Of a stretch of DNA of 64,000 nucleotides, positions 1 to 13,020 are shown in pieces. Position 1 is the first letter of the stretch; each line of letters starts with the position of its first letter. A model generated the notes under the pieces. The model was not told the DNA's origin, ran no database searches, and saw nothing but the letters and a program-made list of their open reading frames with translations. Source of the stretch: Octopus sinensis (taxonomy: Eukaryota); assembly GCF_006345805.1 (NCBI RefSeq), contig NC_043007.1, forward strand, positions 1,922,001 to 1,986,000. The letters run 5' to 3'. A program made the position numbers and the translations under genes.

Positions 1-997
1 GTCCCTTCCCCCAGATTTCAGCTTCTGTGCCTATGGTAGAAGGGTTTATTATTATTATTCGAAGTCCACCAAGGTCGATTTTGCCTTTCTTCTTTCCAGG
101 GTCGATAAAGTAAGTATCAGTTGAGCGCTGGGGCCGATGTAATCGACTAGCCCTCTTCCCTGAAATTGCTGGTCCTGTGCTAAAATTTGAAATCTTCTTC
201 ATCATCATCATCATCATCACTACCATCATTAGTTACTGTTTCATCCTTATTTTGCAGTTTCTTGTGTATTTTATCTCTGAAACTCAATATGTTTAGTCAA
301 ATGATGTTGGAATGATTTAGTAACCTGAAAGAATATATTTTTGAATTTTTCTTTTTCTTTTTCTTTTTTTTTTGTTTGTTCTGATAGACTAAACAAATAC
401 TTATTGGCAACTGTATTGAATAAATCCCAAAATAATTCTTTGGTACCAGTGTCTGTGATGAGATATTTAACTTTGATGACTTAGCATCAAGTTTCAACAT
501 CAATAAGACACCATGACCCCAGGATCCAGATTCAAATAAACAAAGGCCCAGACATGCAGAGCATCTGATGTTTCTATTTAACGATGGTTATTTCTAACCT
601 GAAGTTTAAATAATGTTAAATGTTAATATGTTAAGGCTTGTCTAATCAATTTGCTGAGGGAAAACAAGCAATCAAAATTGTGAGTTAATTACTTCCAAAA
701 CACTACTTTGTGTTCCTGAGTATTATTTTTTTTCTGTGGGTTCATTGATTAAGGAAACAGAAACCAATTTTAGATAAGGATGGTGATGATGATGATGGTG
801 ATGATGATGATGATGATATGTAGATGAATAGTCCTGCTCAAATTATTTGTTTGGTTTGACGCGTTAATAAAAGAAAAAAGATAAAGAAAAAGATAGCATT
901 TTGTGAATGTTTTGTGTTATCATTATCATCGTTATCCGATGTTTGTTATCCATTCTGGCATGTGTCGGATAAGTCGCAATAGTCTGAGTCAGTTATT

Positions 998-1219
998 TGA
1001 TTCTTTATTGCCCACAAGGGACTAAACATAGAGCGGACAGACTAAGAGACAGAGTCGATTACATCAACCCCAGCGCGTAACTGGTACTTATTTAATTGAC
1101 CCTGAAAGGATGAAAGGCAAAGTTGACCTCAGTGGAATTTGAACTCAGAACGTAGCAGCAGACGAAATACTGCTAAGCATTTCGCCCAGCGTGCTAACGA
1201 TTCTGCCAGCTTGTTGCCT
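998..1219 (-). mobile_element. SINE family B (core ...gaggtcgactttgcctttcatcc...gataaattaagtaccag...)
   Basis: Homologous to many other copies in the window. 15-bp TSD tctgagtcagttatt at 983-997 and 1220-1234. Confidence 0.85.
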
Positions 1220-1858
1220 TCTGAGTCAGTTATTATTGGAATTTACTGCCCTCCTTCATGGGTCAGAGAACCATGTATTGCATGTTTGATGTGGTTTCTA
1301 TGACGGGATGTTTTTCCTAACACAAACCACACTACAGAGTATAATGGATACATTTCATTATAGCACCAGCTTAGAGGAGTTGCCATGTCCTCAACAAAAC
1401 TAAAGAGTTCTTTTAACCCTACATTATCTCAGCTCATTTGTCCAGAGCCTTAGGGCCAAAAAGACAACACTAGTGGGTAATGCTTAGAAAATGTCCTAAA
1501 GGGCAGAGAGACAGAGAATTTGCAACTGGTCAGCTTGGGACCAGTGTAAGAAAGGAAGAGAAATGGAAGCTGGCTGCAGGTCACGTGACAGCAGCAGGCA
1601 GAGGAGAAAGAGAGCAAGGGAGAGGGAGGGAGAATGACAGAGAGAAAACAAAGAGGGAGAGATGGAAGGAGAAAGGCTAAGGATAGAAAGGGAGAAAGTG
1701 GAAACGAGAAAAGAGGTGAGAGGGTGAGAGAAAGAAAAGGGGAAAGAATGAAAGCAAGAGAGAGAGAGAGAGAAAGATTCACAAGGGTATATAGAAGACT
1801 TATTACTACAAATACATACATGCACACACACACACACACACACACATGCATACATATT

Positions 1859-2155
1859 CATCATCATCATCGTTTAATGTCCGTTTTCCATGCTAGCATG
1901 GGTTGGACGGTTCAACCGGGGTCTGGGAAGCCAGAAGGCTGCACCAGGCTCCAGTCTGATATGGCAGTGTTTCTACAGCTGGATGCCCTTCCTAACGCCA
2001 ACCACTCCGTGAGTGTAGTGGGTGCTTTTTACGTGCCACCGGCACAGGTGCCAGGTGAGGCTGGCAACAACCACGATCGGATTGGTGCTTTTTACGTGCC
2101 ACCGGCACGGAAGCCAGTGAAGGCGGCGCTGGCATCGGCCACATTCGGATGGTGC
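1859..2155 (-). mobile_element. Interspersed family C (ggcgttaggaagggcatccagctg core, (GAT)n tail; RTE-3'-like SINE or LINE end)
   Basis: Multi-copy in the window. (CAT)n at the left end is a (GAT)n tail on the minus strand. Internal ~60-bp subrepeats contain ggtgctttttacgtgccaccggcac. Confidence 0.75.
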
Positions 2156-2772
2156 TTTTATTATAAAATTCATTTAATGGAAAGAGTTTATGCACTTTAC
2201 ATTTTCTATGTGTTTTTACCTCAAAATTCTTTCACTCATTTTCGACTGTTCACGTGATTCTCGTTGGAAAAGTACGAGTGTGGTGTGTTTTAATTTGTCT
2301 TGATCTCCTAGTCTCTTTTAATATCCGTTTGAAATAACATATGGTTTTATACCCAAGTTTGTTAGTGAATGAATTATTAACTATGTTTTGTTCAATCCAG
2401 ATATACAGCATATATATACACTTGTAACATGTTTAATCTTTTCCAATAACTTACTCTGCTGGAGGATATCAAATGTACAATTCTAAGAAGTAGCTTAATG
2501 ATGTGTCTCATATTTTCCCAAACACTTGTTGCTATTCTATGCGTCAGCATGAGACTGCTTGCAATTTATAAGTGTCTTTGTTCGATTGTGTGTGTATGTG
2601 TATGTGTGTGTGTGTGGTGTGTGTGTGTGTGTGTGTGTAAATAAAATGGTGTCCGAGTTGTTTTTCATTGCAATAAACTATTAGTAGCTTATAAAAATAT
2701 GTACTGTGTTTATTAATCTCTCACCAGATGGAGTACTTCTTTTTGTTGATTTTACCTTCACAGAACAGTACA

Positions 2773-2955
2773 CTACATACATATACATATATATATATAT
2801 ATATATAATATATATATATTATATATATATATATATATATACACCATATATATACATACATAATAGATACATACATATATACATACATATATATATAATA
2901 TATATATATATACATATATATATATACATACATACATAGATACATACATATATAC

Positions 2956-3004
<49 letters not shown>

Positions 3005-3051
3005 ATGTATATATGTATGTATCTATGTATGTATGTATATATATATATATG

Positions 3052-3092
<41 letters not shown>

Positions 3093-3093
3093 T
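2773..3093. repeat. Compound (TA)n/(TACA)n microsatellite
   Basis: Directly visible. Confidence 0.95.
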
Positions 3094-3301
3094 ACCTATA
3101 TTCATAATATAAATATTGAAATATTGAAAAACTTGGCTGTAAGAGAAATATAAAAGTAAACACATTCCTTCCATACTTTTGATGGCTGGGAAAATAGAGA
3201 GCTGAATCTGCAGACAGATTATTTTACAGTCCAATAGCTTCTCCTCGGAGAAGACATACCTTCTTTCCTGCCCCACTCAACAGTGTAAAATATCTAACTA
3301 T

Positions 3302-3686
3302 TGTGGCACTCCGTCGGTTGCAACAACACGGGTTCCAGTTGATCCGATCAGCGGAACAGCCTGCTCGTGAAATTAACGTGCAAGTGGCTGAGCACTCCAC
3401 AGTCACGTGTCCCCTTAATGTAGTTCTCGGGGAGATTCAGCGTGACACAGAGTGTGACAAGGCTGGCCCCTTTGAAATACAGGTACAACAGAAACAGGAA
3501 GAAGGAGTGAGAGAAAGTTGTGGTGAAAGAGTACAGCAGGGATCACCACCATCCCCTGCCAGAGCCTCGTGGAGCTTTTAGGCGTTTTTGCTCAATAAGC
3601 ACTCCCAACACCTGGTCTGGGAATCAAAACCACAATCCTGTGACCACAAGTCCGCTGCCCTAACCACTGGGCCATTGTAGCTCCAC
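3302..3686 (-). mobile_element. tRNA-derived SINE family D
   Basis: Minus-strand head gtggagctacaatggcccagtggttagggcagcggac...ggttttgattccc has A/B-box-like motifs. 10-bp TSD atctaactat at 3292-3301 and 3687-3696. Confidence 0.85.
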
Positions 3687-4168
3687 ATCTAACTATAATA
3701 TAAGGCAGTCATAAATTAGGCTACCACCATAATGGACAGCTTGATTTGAATATTTGCTTTTAATGGTTAGTCATTAACCAATTTATATATTGTGAAAACA
3801 GAACCACAGTTGAAGTTTTACCTTGTATTTTGATATTCCACGGTTATGACCTCTTTCCTTAGGACATGTAATTTAAGACTATATTTTCGTGTGTGTGTAC
3901 ATCTGCATGGAAACATTTACATTCCATGGTTTTCTTTATGTTTTATGGTTTTATGAGTGAAAGTCATGTGATTTTCTCATTTCTATTCACATTAAAACTG
4001 GTTGCTCTGTGCTTTTGAAAGATCTATGGGATACAAAATATCTTTTTTGAAAAACATCCATGGGTCAGTGCCAGAAAGAGCATCCAGTCGTAAAATCCTG
4101 CCTCAAATTAATCCCCTTTTAATCTACGTTAATATTTGGAAAACATTTTAAATGAATAGATGAGTCTC

Positions 4169-4199
<31 letters not shown>

Positions 4200-4209
4200 A
4201 TAGTTATTA

Positions 4210-4432
4210 GGCCGTTTGCCAGCCTCCTCTGGCACCTGTGTTGGTGGCACGTAAAAAGCACCCACTACACTCACGGAGTGGTTGGCGTTAGGAAGGGCAT
4301 CCAGCTGTAGAAACATTGCCAAATCAGACTGGAGCCTGGTGCAGCCTCCATGGCTTACCAGACCCCGGTCGAACCGTCCAACCCATGCTAGCATGGAAAG
4401 CGGACGTTAAATGATGATGATGATGATGATGA
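4210..4432 (+). mobile_element. Family C copy with (GAT)n tail
   Basis: Homologous to 1859-2155 in the opposite orientation. Confidence 0.75.
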
Positions 4433-4734
4433 TTAAAAGATTCAGTCTTCAGATGAATTTTTTCAGTAATTATGCATGTGTGTGGTGGTGGGGTGTATGT
4501 TCATGTCTTCTTTTCTTGATTGACAGCATTTTTGTTGTAAATGAGTTCCACCGTCATACAAGCAGTGTCTCATTTGCAATGTTCTACAAAGACATGTCTG
4601 GGCTTGGGGGAAATATTTCTTCTCTGAGAAAGAGGTCAGGGTTGGCAACAGGAAGAGCATCCTGACACAGGAAACCATGTCTCAATGAACTCTGTCTGAC
4701 CCTTGATAAGCACAGACAGTCAGGCATTAGAACA

Positions 4735-4870
4735 ATGCTCATGATGATCATGATGATGATGGTGAGGATGGTGAGGATGATGATGAGGAGGAGGATGAGG
4801 ATGGTGATGATGGTGATGACGATGAGGATGACGGTGACGGTAATGATGATGATGATGATGATGAGGATGG

Positions 4871-4901
<31 letters not shown>

Positions 4902-5128
4902 GATGATGATGACGATGATAGTGGTGATGATGACGATGAGGATGGTGATGATTAGATGATGATGATGGCGATGAGAATGACGGTGATGGTAATGACGATG
5001 ATGGTGAGGATGATGATGATGAGGAGGAGGATGAGGATGGTGATGATGAGGATGACGGTGATGGTGATGACTATGAGGATGAGGATGGTGATGATGGTGA
5101 TGATGATGATGATGATGGTGATGATGTA
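4735..5128. repeat. Compound (GAT/GGT/GAG)n trinucleotide repeat
   Basis: Directly visible; it is the source of the poly-Met/poly-Ile pseudo-ORFs. Confidence 0.95.
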
Positions 5129-5794
5129 TACAGCCAATTTAACGACCTGCTTGCTATATATAGACTTTTAGCAAATCACTCTGAAATTAGAAGTTCTTTC
5201 GTTGTCTTTTATTCTCTTTCTAACTTCATTTTTCCGTCAGAAGATTTGCAGCCGTTGCTTTAACACCGTTAATGCAGATAATCCATTCTAAAACCAATCA
5301 TTCCAGAACATCTTAAAGCAATAAAGATTATCTACTTTCCCTACTATTAAGAATCGCATCTGTGATTTCTATCTCCTCCGTTTCCTGGTTCCGTATACGT
5401 ACACGTGTCTCCTCCTCATCTATGATATTATGATGCCACTTTGAATGCTGATATGTATAAATAACCATCTCGCAATGAACAACACCTTATAATTTTCTCT
5501 AAAGTCAAAAGAAAAGAAAAAGTTAAAACAAAACATAACAACAACAGCAGCAACAATAATAATAATGATAATGATGATGATGATGATGATAATGATGAGG
5601 ATGATGATGATGAGGATGATGAGGATGATAATAATGATAATGATAATAATGATGAGGATGATGATGATGATGATAATTTATTCCTTTGGCTCTATTTCAT
5701 ATTTATCATTATTATTATCATTCTTATTATCATCATCATTATCATCATCATTATTATAGTATTATTATCATTCTTATTATCATCATCATTATCT

Positions 5795-5838
5795 ATGAAA
5801 GTAGATTTATTCATTTAGCCCTATTTCATATTTAATTA

Positions 5839-5891
<53 letters not shown>

Positions 5892-5988
5892 CATTATTAT
5901 CATTATCATTATTATTATCATTATTGTTATTATTATAATGATAATAATAATAATGATAATGATGATGATAATAATAATAATAATGATG

Positions 5989-6019
<31 letters not shown>

Positions 6020-6071
6020 TAATAATAATAATAAATATGAAATAGGGCTAAATGAATAAATCTACTTTCAT
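5795..6071. repeat. ~277-bp foldback: perfect 40-bp unique outer arms around an (ATT)n/(AAT)n inversion
   Basis: 5795-5834 atgaaagtagatttattcatttagccctatttcatattta is the exact reverse complement of 6032-6071. The inner ATT run switches to AAT at about 5935, near the symmetry centre. Confidence 0.9.
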
Positions 6072-6327
6072 GTAATTCTTGAATGCATATCGAATGGAAT
6101 TTATTATTTGTTTGATTTCTCAAATTTATTTTATTATTTTATTTTTCTTTAATTTAGTTGTTGAATTCAATAGATTTATATTTTACTTGTTTCTTGTTTC
6201 CATGATGAATCTTTCCTTAACTTTATTTATGGTCTTTGTTGTATGTTATTCCCATTGATTTGCTCTCAAAGCAATGAAGATTCTTCATTATTTTCTCTTT
6301 TTGTTTTTCCTTCTCTCTCTTGCCTAG

Positions 6328-6526
6328 GTTCTCTTCCCTTTGCTGGGAGATGTGCAAAAACTTTCCAGTCGAGCGTCCACATGCAAGGAGGAGTCATCTA
6401 CTGGTAATATCCTGATCCACCACTCGCGAGATACCGCAGAAAAGCAGTGGGCTGAAACCCGGGTCCTTACTTTAGCTGGAGTAGCACGCACCTTTAACTC
6501 AAAGCGATCGATTTTGCAAACAATAG
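6328..6526 (+). CDS. MON2: Internal coding exon of protein MON2 homolog (endosome/Golgi trafficking, HEAT/ARM-repeat scaffold)
   Basis: Pyrimidine tract plus AG at 6326-6327 and donor G|gtaaat at 6527. Translates [67 protein letters not shown], matching my recollection of vertebrate MON2 ([32 protein letters not shown]). 199 nt, ends in phase 1. Confidence 0.95.
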
Positions 6527-6550
6527 GTAAATGCTCATTGCTATTTGAAC

Positions 6551-6954
6551 TCTCTTTTTACTCTTTTACTCTTTTATTTGTTTCAGTCATTTGACTGTGG
6601 CCATGCTGGAGCACCGCCTTTAGTCGAGCAAATCAACCCCGGGACTTATTCTTTGTAAGCCCAGTACTTATTCTATCGGTCTGTTTTGCCGAACCGCTAA
6701 GTGACGGGGACGTGAACACACCAGCATCGGTTGTCAAGCAATGCTAGGGGGAAAAACACAGACACACAAACACACACACATATATATATACGACAGGCTT
6801 CTTTCAGTTTCCGTCTACCAAATCCACTCACAAGGCATTGGTCGGCCCGGGGCTATAGCAGAAGACACTTGCCCAAGATGCCACGCAGTGGGACTGAACC
6901 CGGAACCATGTGGTTGGTTAGCAAGCTACTTACCACACAGCCACTCCTGCGCCT
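6551..6954 (-). mobile_element. tRNA-derived SINE family A (ggcaccttgggcaagtgtctt core, internal TA/CA microsatellite, (GTAAAAGA)n-like tail)
   Basis: Near full-length copy starting ~25 bp after the MON2 donor. Head aggcgcaggagtggctgtgtggtaag...gggttcagtccc lies on the minus strand. Confidence 0.85.
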
Positions 6955-8687
6955 GTTATTATTTCTTTGTAGAATTAAAAGGAAAAAAGGGCAGCGATCA
7001 TATTAATTTTCAGGTTCTCCGACATTGGTGAATGGGATACCTGTGAGGAAACCATGATTCATGAGTTGTGAGGGGAAGAGACGAAACAGCAATATACTGA
7101 GAGCAGAAACCTCATTTGAACACCTGGAAAAGATTGCTCTCTGCAAAAGTCACCCAAGTGCCAGGTGATGTTAGGAAACTGAACGACAGATTTGGTCTTT
7201 GATACAAAGACTTTTAAGTCTTTCAAAGGAACAGCTGGGATATTTTTACTTATAGAAAATGACTAATTTTTGATTCCAGAACTTATTTAATAAGTGTGTC
7301 CCAGTACAATGAACCCATATTTTGAATGCCTAAAGTTCTTAAAAAACGGAACCAAACTTCCACACTACATTCACTTGGAACACCCTGTATCACTTATACT
7401 TATTTTACAAATCATAATATTTATTGCTTATTTACAGTTCATGCAATATTTTCCTGAAACTAATTGAGTCATCGAATTTAGAAATATTTAACTGGTTTCA
7501 TTGTTTATGTTCGATTACTTTGAATATTGATTTTTTGTGTGTCCAATTTCTAATTTTTGCAGACAATATCACTTTTATACTTTATTTGACACGTGAGTAG
7601 AACTCAAGTCTGGAAACCTCATGACATACTTAGATTGTTGAAAAAAATCGATAATAGGGCCCCTCCAACTGATCCTTCTATCTACTACATATTACTAGTA
7701 TTTTATTTAAACAACCCAAAGGAAATAACCCATACCACCTGCAGTTTTTAGTGAAGTGATCAATATTTGATTCTCACGATCAACCAACCTAATTCTGCAT
7801 TTCACTTCTCACAGTTTTGAACTGCTAAACATTATTATTGCACTTCCTTGATTTGAATCTTAAACATTAAAGACTTCATTCATACATTTCTATACATACA
7901 TACTTTTTTGAATGGCCATTACTCCGATAATTCTGCATTTTTACAGTTACACTTTTCCATGACAGTAGATAAATTTTTATTCCACAATGTATTTGTAGTG
8001 GCTTCATGGAGGCATAGCGCGGATTTGATCCTCGATTGCCAAATTTCACTTCACACTTCAACAGCGCTTTTCTCACGGTAAAACAATAGTTTTTCTGTGA
8101 ATGACAGCAGTTATACATTTCCCAGATGTCTTCGTTAACAATAATGTCTTTGCCACTTGACCCTTCTAACCTCTTCTAGGCCACCAGGGGTTGGAATGGA
8201 GATAACAGACCTCCAATGAAATCATTTGTTCTCAACAATATGTCTGTTCTCCTGGCACCAACTCAAGATCTAAAGATGAACAAAATGCTTGTTATCGTTT
8301 TGCTTGACATGGTAGTGATGCTTCCAGCTCATGACCTCAGATTGGCATGAATTATGTTGAGCCCTGAAAGAATGGAAGACAAAGTTGATCTTAGCAGGAT
8401 TTGAACTGTGGTTGCAGAGAGTCAGAACAAATGCCACAACATTCTATCCAACACTGCAACAACTACACAACTTCTACATTTAAATGGTATGAATATACAT
8501 TATAAAGCTGAAGGATTTAAATCAAGGAATCACCATTCTCCATGTCATTTGACCCCTAATTTCCATACTAGCATGGATTAGAGTGGACAAGTCATCACAG
8601 TTTGAGTTAATTCTTCTTTGGAGTTACTACTCTCTTAAAGAAGTTGTAGAACCAGGTATCAATGGCCATACAAGAAACCAAGCAAGA

Positions 8688-8922
8688 TTTAAGACGGCGA
8701 GCTGGCAGAAACATTAGCTCACCGGCAAAATGCTTAGCGGTATTTCATCTGCTGTTACATTCTGAGTTCAAATTCTGCCGAGGTCAACTTTGCCTTTCAT
8801 CCTTTTGGGGTCAATAAGTTAAGTACCAGTTACGCACTGGGGTCGATGTAATCGATTTAATCTCTTTGTCTGTCCTTGTTTGTCCTCTCTATGTTTAGCC
8901 CCCTTGTGGGCAATAAAGAAAT
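8688..8922 (+). mobile_element. SINE family B, full length
   Basis: 16-bp TSD with one mismatch: aagaaaccaagcaaga (8672-8687) and aagaaaccaaacaaga (8923-8938). Confidence 0.85.
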
Positions 8923-9525
8923 AAGAAACCAAACAAGAAGGCCTGAATTAGCCGCAAATTGCTACGTGTTAACATGCCTACGCCGTTTATAAATTATGTA
9001 GAAAAATGTAAAATGAAAATGCAAGGAATATCATAAGAGATAAAGAACTTGTCTATCAGCTTCCCTTCATCACAGAATTTCTTTTGTGTTATCGACGTAA
9101 AACATTGAAATTTATCAAGAAAACAGTTGAACTGTTGGACATTAATGTCCCTTCTTGCTTTATAGTGTTAACACAATGTTCTGTTTCTGTAAATACACAA
9201 CACCACAATGATTGATTATACAGTATGCTAACTGTTAAGTTGTTGTTGTCTGCTTTGACTGAGCTGACCAATGGTCAAAGATGGTCAAGTCAGGCCATTA
9301 CTGTCCTGCTTGTTGCTTGCTTTTGTTTATTTTAATTTATTTATTTTCATTTAGTAATATTGCTAAGCAAAAAAACAATGGATGGATTTCAGTGAATGCA
9401 TGTGGCGTATTGGTTAGGGTGTTACACTTACAATTGTGAAATTTTGGGGTTCAATTCCCAGGCCCGGCAGTGCATTGTGCTCTTGTGCAAAACACTTCAC
9501 TTCATGATTAAATGAAACCTTTCCA

Positions 9526-9747
9526 TTTACTCTTTTACATGTTTTCAGTCATTTGACTGCAGCCATGCTGGAGCACTGCCTGTAGTCAAAGAAATCGACC
9601 CCAGAACTTACTCTTTCTAAGCCTGGCACTTATTCTATCGGTCTCTTTTGCCAAACTGCTAAGTTTCGGGGATGTAAACACACCAACGTTGGTTGTCAAG
9701 CAATGGTGGGGGACACACGCAGATGCAAAGACACACCCACACATAAA

Positions 9748-9787
<40 letters not shown>

Positions 9788-9959
9788 TATACACACACAT
9801 ACAATGGGCTTTTTCCGTTTCCATCTACCAAATCCACTCACAAGGCTTTGGTTGACCTGAGGCTATAGTAGAAGACACTTACCCAAGACGGCACGCAGTG
9901 GGACTGAACCCAGAACCATGTGGCAGGGAAGCAAGCTTCTTACCACACAGCCACTCCTG
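9526..9959 (-). mobile_element. SINE family A
   Basis: Homologous to 6551-6954. Confidence 0.8.
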
Positions 9960-10700
9960 TAATTTTATATAAGAACATTTCGTTATGTTCTAAAACACTT
10001 GTTTAATTTTGAAATTACTGTAAATATTAGGTATTTCATCATCATCATCGTTTAACGTCCGCTTTCCATGCTAGCATGGGTTAATAAAAGCAAATGGATT
10101 TTTGATTATTTTTAAAAATTATAGAAGCACAGTTTATTTCTTTTGAAATATGGAATCAAAAGAGCCAAGTCTGTAAGTTGTGCTGTGGGAGCAATTTGTG
10201 TGCTGTTTCTAACAGGTGAAATCTTCACCTGGAGATTCCATTGTTGGCTTCTTCATAACTGTTTATTACCTGTAGCAATTCAGGTGGCATTGTATTTCAG
10301 TTTATAACACCATTTAGAGACAATGGTATCTTTGGAAGTCGTCATTTTTATTATGTTGTATATGGTTTCGTTCGTTTACTGGCTGCGAGGCAAATATGTT
10401 ATGAAAATTGCTTTTTGATTGTTCAGTTTAGTCACCAATAACTGAACATAACAAAAGATGTGGAGTTCTTTCTTTTCTTTTATTTTTTTCCGTTATAATC
10501 TCAAGTGGAATACAAGTACAGAATGACCAACCCATTTATCAGTTTTATGGAAGAGAATGAACAATTCTAGTAATTACTTTGGGAACAAAGACTTATGCCC
10601 TTTCTTAGTTTGGATTATAACATGGCTTTCATCTGAAATGGTATTTTAGCTGTTTTGGAAGGCTTTTCTATCACTGTCACAAAATTCTTTGTATCAGGAG

Positions 10701-10743
<43 letters not shown>

Positions 10744-10849
10744 TCAATATAAGGGTAGCAAAAAATTCAATAGAAATTTTTTTTCGCCACCAGCGGTCTA
10801 GTGAGAAAGAAAAAATAGTCAACAGACTATATAATGTACATTCAACAAT

Positions 10850-11149
10850 AATATTAAGTGAGTTGAATGGCCTTAATAGGCCATTCAACTCACTAAAACG
10901 AGCAGCTAAACTCAAACCGCTAAATAGTAGTAATTCAGAAATCAAAGGAAAATTAAAAACATTTACCCTAATCCCCTTTGGACAATGCATTGTTTCAACG
11001 TACTTTTTGGTAAACTAGCCTAATTAAATAAAATAAATTTGATCAAGTCAATTTTACCACGCCTTTGATTCTGAATTACTACTATTTAGCGGTTAGTTTT
11101 TAGCTGCTCGTTTTAGTGAGTTGAATGGCCTATTAAGGCCATTCCTTAA

Positions 11150-11153
<4 letters not shown>
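10850..11153. mobile_element. Foldback/MITE-like element with ~95-bp inverted arms and an internal perfect hairpin, between (TA)n runs
   Basis: 10850-10948 is the near reverse complement of 11062-11153. gtgagttgaatggcc-ttaata-ggccattcaactcac (10858-10893) is a perfect stem-loop. Confidence 0.65.
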
Positions 11154-11203
<50 letters not shown>

Positions 11204-12089
11204 ATTACCACACACACGTGTGTATGTGTTTTATGTAATGTGAATAGATTGGTTCAGTTATGACTGTGTGATTAAGCAGTTCATTTTCCCACATGCCTGT
11301 ACCACATAAAAAGCACCTGTGCTAGAGCCACATAGAAGCACTCGTGCCAGTGCTGCGTAGGGGCCTCCTGTACACTCTGTAAAAGTGCTTGGCATTAGGA
11401 AGGGCATCCAGCCATAGCGACCATGTCAAAACAGACATGGAGCCCAGGCAGCTCCTCCCTGGCTGACCAGCTTCTGTCAAACTGCCCAACCCATTGCCAG
11501 CATGGAAAACGGACATCAAATGATGATGATGGTTCTGGGTTCAATTCTATCTTACTGCGTAGTGCTTATGGCCAGTGTCTCCTACCCCAACCATACGCTG
11601 ACCAGTGACGTCCAGTGATATTTAGTAAACAGGATCTCCAGACGCCAATTATGTACAAGTGTCAGCATGTAGAACATTTGTTACGTGATGATGATGATGA
11701 TGATGATGACGATGTATATGTATGTACACATGATCAACAGGGGACGGAAACCGATTCATTTGAATAGAAATCCCATGTGGTTTCTTACATCTAAGTTGTC
11801 TCCTTTTATATCAGTATCCACTGGAGATTACGCATCATACGATTATACGATAATTATAAAATAAATACCAGCCGAAACACCAGGGTTGATGCCCCAGGTT
11901 ACTGTCCGTTGACTGAGAGAGAAAGAATTTAGAACGAATATAGCTAATCAATGGAAATTAACTGGGAAGAACATGAGACATCTGAAGACTTGGTATTTTG
12001 CAGAATTAAATTATTTATTCCAAGAACATCACACTAGAATATATATAGGCTTTTTGACTTCATTCTTATAATTCTCCCATCACTCTATC

Positions 12090-12243
12090 ATGTGTTTGTG
12101 TGTGTGTACATGTGTGTGTTTGTGTGTGGGTGTATGTGTGTGTTTGTGTGTTGTATTATATATATAATATATATTTATATACATGTATATATATATATAC
12201 ATATATGTGTTTATCTATATATATATATATATATATACTGTAT

Positions 12244-12277
<34 letters not shown>

Positions 12278-12306
12278 TACATATATGTAGTAATATGATA
12301 TATATA

Positions 12307-12347
<41 letters not shown>

Positions 12348-12550
12348 CATATATTAATGTATATATAGATATAGATTATATATACATATATGTATGTATA
12401 TATAGATATACATATATGTATGTTATATATATATAATATATATAGATATTATCATTAATATATATCTATATATATATATATATATATATACGTATATATG
12501 TGGTGTATTGTATATATATATATAATATATCTATATATAGTATAGATATA
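12090..12550. repeat. (GT)n followed by degenerate (TA)n microsatellite
   Basis: Directly visible. Confidence 0.9.
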
Positions 12551-13020
12551 TCTTGTGCTAGTAGTATTTGCAAAGCACCATGTTGGGTGTATTCGATGCT
12601 AGTGCCACCTGACTGGCCCTCATGCCAGTGGCTTGTAAAAAGCACCCACTACACTCTCAGAGGGGTTGGCATTAGGAAGGCATCCATTTTTGTATGAAAC
12701 CGACTAGATCAGATTGAGCCTGGTGCAGCCGCCTCCTGTCATTACCAGTCCTCAGTCAAACTGTCCAACCCATGCCAGCATGGAAGGCAGACGTTTATGA
12801 TGATGATGACGATGACGACATACACACACACACACACATACTCACACATGTTTGTGTGTGTGTGGGGATCCTCTCTTTCTACAATGTGAGTTGTCATTTA
12901 GCTCCTCTACAGTAAGAACTGGTTCTGCTCATGGCCATTTTCTCATGGTTTTAGCCCCTTGCTCTTGTGTTAAGTTTTCCCCTAGGGGTTTGTAGTCTTG
13001 AAAGATTCATGGTAACCTCA
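12546..13020 (+). repeat. Copy 1 of a ~470-bp direct duplication (contains a family C element)
   Basis: Near-identical to 15523-15994, from atatatcttgtgctagtag to ttcatggtaacctca. Confidence 0.9.

Noticed and set aside
7270-8140. Possible mariner TIR end (cacttggaacaccctgta near 7372-7389) and a nearby minus-strand ORF
   Set aside because: I found no matching second TIR and no convincing transposase motif.
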